From positions 24,800,001 to 24,864,000 of the forward strand of contig OZ024742.1 of assembly GCA_964016885.1 (NCBI GenBank): 64,000 nt of DNA, read 5' to 3'. A program made the position numbers and the translations under genes. The stretch is from Eledone cirrhosa. Lineage: Eukaryota. The first letter of the stretch is position 1; each line of letters begins with the position of its first letter. This document shows, piece by piece, positions 58,701-64,000 of this stretch. The notes under the pieces were generated by a model. It saw only the letters and a list, made by a program, of their open reading frames with translations. It did not search any database and had not been told where the DNA came from.

Positions 58701-61700
58701 CACATACACTCACACACTGACTGAACATACTCATACACTCACACACTGACTGAACATACACATACACTCACACACTGACTGAACATACACATACACTCAC
58801 ACACTGACTGAACATACACATACACTCATACACTGACTGAACATACACATACACTCATACACTGACTGAACATACACATACACTCACACATTAACTGAAC
58901 ATACACATACACTCACACACTGACTGAACATACACATACACTCATACACTGACTGAACATACACATACACTCACACATTAACTGAACATACACATACACT
59001 CACACACTGACTGAACATACACATACACTCATACACTGACTGAACATACACATACACTCACACACTGACTGAACATACACATACTCTCACACACTGACTG
59101 AACATACACATACACTAACACACTGACTGAACATACACATACACTCACACACTGACTGACCATACACATACACTCACACATTGACTGAACATACACATAC
59201 ACTCACACACTGACTGAACATACACATACACTCACACATTGACTGAACATACACATACACTCACACACTGACTGAACATACACATACACTCACACACTGA
59301 CTGAACATACACATACACTCATACACTGACTGAACATACACATACACTCACACATTAACTGAACATACACATACACTCACACACTGACTGAACATACACA
59401 TACACTCATACACTGACTGAACATACACATACACTCACACATTAACTGAACATACACATACACTCACACACTGACTGAACATACACATACACTCATACAC
59501 TGACTGAACATACACATACACTCACACACTGACTGAACATACACATACTCTCACACACTGACTGAACATACACATACACTAACACACTGACTGAACATAC
59601 ACATACACTCACACACTGACTGACCATACACATACACTCACACATTGACTGAACATACACATACACTCACACACTGACTGAACATACACATACACTCACA
59701 CATTGACTGAACATACACATACACTCACACACTGACTGAACATACACATACACTCACACACTGACTGAACATACACAAACACTCACACATGACTGAACAT
59801 ACACATACACTCACACACTGACTGAACATACACATACACTCACACACTGGCGGAAACATACACATACACTCACACACTGACTGAACATACACATACACTC
59901 ACACACTGACTGAACATACACATACACTCACACACTGACTGAACATACTCATACACTCACACACTGACTGAACATACACATACACTCACACACTGACTGA
60001 ACATACACATACACTCACACACTGACTGACCATACACATACACTCACACACTGACTGAACATACACATACACTCACACATTGACTGAACAAACACAAACA
60101 CTCACACACTGACTGAACATACACATACACTCACACACTGACTGAACATACACATACACTCACACATTCAGTGAACATACACAAACACTCACACACTGAC
60201 TGCACATACACATACACTCACACACTGGCTGAACATACACATACACTCACACACTGACGGAACATATACATACACTCACACACTGACTGAACATACACAT
60301 ACACTCACACACTGACTGAACATACACATACACTCACACATTGACTGAACATACACATACACTCACACATTGACTGAACATACACAAACACTCACACACT
60401 GACTGAACATACACATACACTCACACACTGACTGAACATACACAAACACTCACACACTGGCTCAACATACACAAACTCTCACACACTGACTGAACATACA
60501 CATACACTCTCACACTGACTGAACATACACATACACTCACACACTGACTGAACATACACATACACTCACACACTGACTGAACATACACATACACTCACAC
60601 ATTGACTGAACATACACATACACTCACACATTGACTGAACATACACATACACTCACACACTGACTGAACATACACATACACTCACACACTGACTGAGCAT
60701 ACACATACACTCACACACTGACTGAACATACACAAACACTCACACACTGACTCAACATACACAAACACTCACACACTGACTGAACATACACAAACACTCA
60801 CACACTGACTGAACATACACAAACACTCACACACTGACTGAACATACACATACACTCACACACTGACTGAACATACACATACACTCACACACTGGCTGAA
60901 CATACACATACACTCACACACTGGCTGAACATACACATACACTCTCACACTGACTGAACATACACATATTCTCACACACTGACTGAACATACACATACAC
61001 TCACACATTGACTGAACATACACAAACACTCACACATTGACTGAACATACACATACACTTACACACTGACTGAACATACACATACACTCACACACTGACT
61101 GAACATACACATACACTCACACACTGACTGAACATACACATACACTCACACACTGACTGAACATACACATACACTCACACACTGACTGAACATACACATA
61201 CACTCACACACTGACTGAACATACACATACACTCACACACTGACTGAACATACACATACACTCACACATTGACTGAACATACACAAACACTCACACATTG
61301 ACTGAACGTACACATACACTTACACACTGACTGAACATACACATACACTCACACACTGACTGAACATACACATACACTCACACATTGACTGAACATACAC
61401 AAACACTCACATATTGACTGAACGTACACATACACTTACACACTGACTGAACATACACATACACTCACACACTGACTGAACATACACATACACTCACACA
61501 CTGACTGAACATACACAAACACTCACACATTGACTGAACATACACATACACTCACACACTGACTGAACATACACATACACTCACACACTGACTGAACATA
61601 CACATACACTCACACACTGACTGAACATACACATACACTCACACACTGACTGAACATACATATACACTCACACACTGACTGAACATACACATACACTCAC

Positions 61701-64000
61701 ACACTGACTGAACATACACATACACTCACACACTGACTGAACATACACATACACTCACACACTGACTGAACATACACATACACTCACACACTGACTGAAC
61801 ATACACATACACTCACACACTAACTGAACATAGACATACACTCACACACTGGTTGAACATACACATACACTAACACACTGACTCAACATACACATACACT
61901 CACACACTGACTGAACATACACATACACTCACACACTGACTGAACATACACATACACTCACACACTAACTGAACATAGACATACACTCACACACTGGTTG
62001 AACATACACATACACTAACACACTGACTCAACATACACATACACTCACACACTGACTGAACATACACATACACTCACACACTGGCTGAACATACACATAC
62101 ACTCACACATTGATTGAACATACACATACACTCACACACTGACTGAACATACACATACACTCACACACTGACTGAACATACACATACACTGATACACTGA
62201 CTGAACATACACATACACTCACACACTGACTGAACATACACATACACTCACACACTGACTGAACATACTCATACACTCATACACTGACTGAACATACACA
62301 TACACTCACACACTGACTGAACATACACATACACTCACACACTGACTGAACATACTCATACGCTCACACACTGACTGAACATACACATACACTCACACAC
62401 TGACTGAACATACACATACACTCACACACTGACTGAACATACACATACACTCATACACTGACTGAACATACACATACACTCATACACTGACTGAACATAC
62501 ACATACACTCACACATTAACTGAACATACACATACACTCACACACTGACTGAACATACACATACACTCATACACTGACTGAACATACACATACACTCACA
62601 CATTAACTGAACATACACATACACTCACACACTGACTGAACATACACATACACTCATACACTGACTGAACATACACATACACTCACACACTGACTGAACA
62701 TACACATACTCTCACACACTGACTGAACATACACATACACTAACACACTGACTGAACATACACATACACTCACACACTGACTGACCATACACATACACTC
62801 ACACATTGACTGAACATACACATACACTCACACACTGACTGAACATACACATACACTCACACATTGACTGAACATACACATACACTCACACACTGACTGA
62901 ACATACACATACACTCACACACTGACTGAACATACACAAACACTCACACATGACTGAACATACACATACACTCACACACTGACTGAACATACACATACAC
63001 TCACACACTGGCGGAAACATACACATACACTCACACACTGACTGAACATACACATACACTCACACACTGACTGAACATACACATACACTCACACACTGAC
63101 TGAACATACTCATACACTCACACACTGACTGAACATACACATACACTCACACACTGACTGAACATACACATACACTCACACACTGACTGAACATACACAT
63201 ACACTCACACACTGACTGACCATACACATACACTCACACACTGACTGAACATACACATACACTCACACATTGACTGAACAAACACATACACTCACACACT
63301 GACTGAACATACACATACACTCACACACTGACTGAACATACACATACACTCACACACTGACTGAACATACACATACACTCACACACTGACTGAACATACA
63401 CATACACTCACACACTGACTGAAACATACACATACTCTCACACACTGACTGAACATACACATACAGTCACACACTAACTGAACATACACATACACTCACA
63501 CACTGAGTGAACATACACATACACTCACACACTGGCTGAACATACATATACACTCACACACTGACTGAACATACACATACACTCACACACTGACTGAACA
63601 TACATATACACTCACACACTGACTGAACATACACATACACTCACACACTGACTGAACATACAGATACACTCACACATTAACTGAACATACACATACACTC
63701 ACACATGACTGAACATACACATACACTCACACACTGACTGAAACATACACATACTATCACACACTGACTGGACATACACATACACTCACACACTAACTGA
63801 ACATACACATACACTCACACACTGACTGAACATACACATACACTCACACACTGACTGAACATACACATACACTCACACACTAACTGAACATACACATACA
63901 CTCACACACTGACTGAACATACACATACACTCACACACTGACTGAACATACACATACACTCACACATTGCCTGAACATACACATACACTCACACACTGAC
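37702..64000. repeat. 29-bp tandem satellite (tcacacactgactgaacatacacatacac), about 900 copies, running off the window
   Basis: Period 29 throughout; variants are mostly single-base substitutions with rare 1-bp indels. Confidence 0.99.

Noticed and set aside
37702-64000. CRISPR, telomeric or coding interpretation of the 29-bp array, including ORF 57201-57404
   Set aside because: Head-to-tail units without spacers, no TTAGGG-type motif, and a period not divisible by 3; the ORF is a chance gap between stops.

Overview
Eukaryotic, AT-rich, repeat-dominated genomic DNA with no host protein-coding gene I can support. The mix of RTE LINEs, tRNA-derived SINEs and dense (TA)n/(CA)n/(GAT)n microsatellites resembles an octopus/cephalopod genome (inference). 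Bases 1-26.5k are a nested transposon landscape. They hold two related RTE-clade LINEs: 1-1124 on the minus strand, open off the window edge, and a near-complete copy at about 17757-21190 with a single premature stop and a PHD-type zinc finger inserted inside the reverse transcriptase. They also hold fragments of two other RTE-like families, many SINEs, piggyBac-like and Tc1/mariner-like MITEs, and a minimal hammerhead ribozyme motif at 8720-8757. Bases 26583-33750 are about 75 copies of a 95-bp satellite whose unit is the C-terminal coding sequence of the decayed LINE immediately to its left. Bases 37702-64000 are about 900 copies of a 29-bp satellite with higher-order periods of 870, 3132/3161 and 5771 bp. 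Most short ORFs in the track are microsatellite or antisense artefacts. I see no CRISPR or prokaryotic-type system; the strongest novelty candidates are the LINE-born satellite, the PHD-in-RT LINE, the higher-order repeats and the ribozyme.
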